Below, piece after piece: positions 63,621 through 64,000 of a DNA stretch of 64,000 nucleotides. The stretch is taken from NCBI RefSeq assembly GCF_006345805.1, contig NC_042999.1, positions 124,248,001 to 124,312,000 of the forward strand. The letters are read 5' to 3'. The position numbers and the translations under genes were made by a program. A model generated the notes under the pieces. That model saw nothing but the letters and a program-made list of their open reading frames with translations. It was not told where the DNA came from and did not search any database. Source of the DNA: Octopus sinensis. Its lineage: Eukaryota. How positions within the stretch are numbered: position 1 is the stretch's first letter; each line of letters begins with the position of its first letter.

Positions 63621-64000
63621 GGATGATGAACAAAACAAGATGCTATCGTTCACAACTTGCTGCCAAGCACATGGCTGGCCGAAATTAACTCTAAATTAAA
63701 AAGGAAAAGGGAACGTATAAATGTATATGCATAAGGAATCAGGCATAGCTGTGTAGTTGAGAAAGTTTCTTCTCAACCATGTGGCTTTTGGTTCTATCAT
63801 TTTACATAACACCTTGACCAAACATCTTCTATTATAGTTCCAGGTGAACCAAAGCTTTGTGAGTTGATTTGGAAGATGTAAGCTCAAAAATTAGCCAATA
63901 ATGTGTATGTGTGTGTGAGTGCATGTGTGAGTGTATGTGTGTGTGTGAGTGTGTGTGTGTGTGCACGCATGTGTGTGTTTGTGTGTGTATAAACAGTCAC

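Overview
AT-rich eukaryotic (animal) genomic DNA, not prokaryotic, so most of the supplied ORF track is noise from (AT)n/(GT)n/(ATAC)n microsatellites. The SINE and RTE-tail families and the microsatellite density look like an octopus (coleoid cephalopod) genome; this is inference from recognition, not a search. I find no host protein-coding exon, rRNA, true tRNA or CRISPR array that I can support. The window reads as a giant intron or intergenic stretch made of decayed mobile elements. These include several SINE families, LINE remnants (RTE, CR1/L2-like, R4/Dong-like, Penelope-like) and DNA transposon remnants (mariner, Tc1, pogo/Tigger, hAT, MULE, piggyBac-type MITEs). There are also three near-identical tandem duplications. 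The most interesting signals are RNA-level. (1) A 156-bp fold-back element at 41.5 kb (duplicated at 41.9 kb) whose two arms each encode a minimal type-I hammerhead-ribozyme architecture, one per strand. (2) Three further unrelated fossil hammerheads at 16.6, 20.6 and 49.4 kb. (3) R4/Dong-like LINE fragments whose junctions sit in (ATAC)n microsatellites. (4) Inverted or nested SINE pairs that would form long dsRNA if transcribed. All family assignments come from manual translation and motif recognition and need HMM, Dfam or Rfam confirmation.
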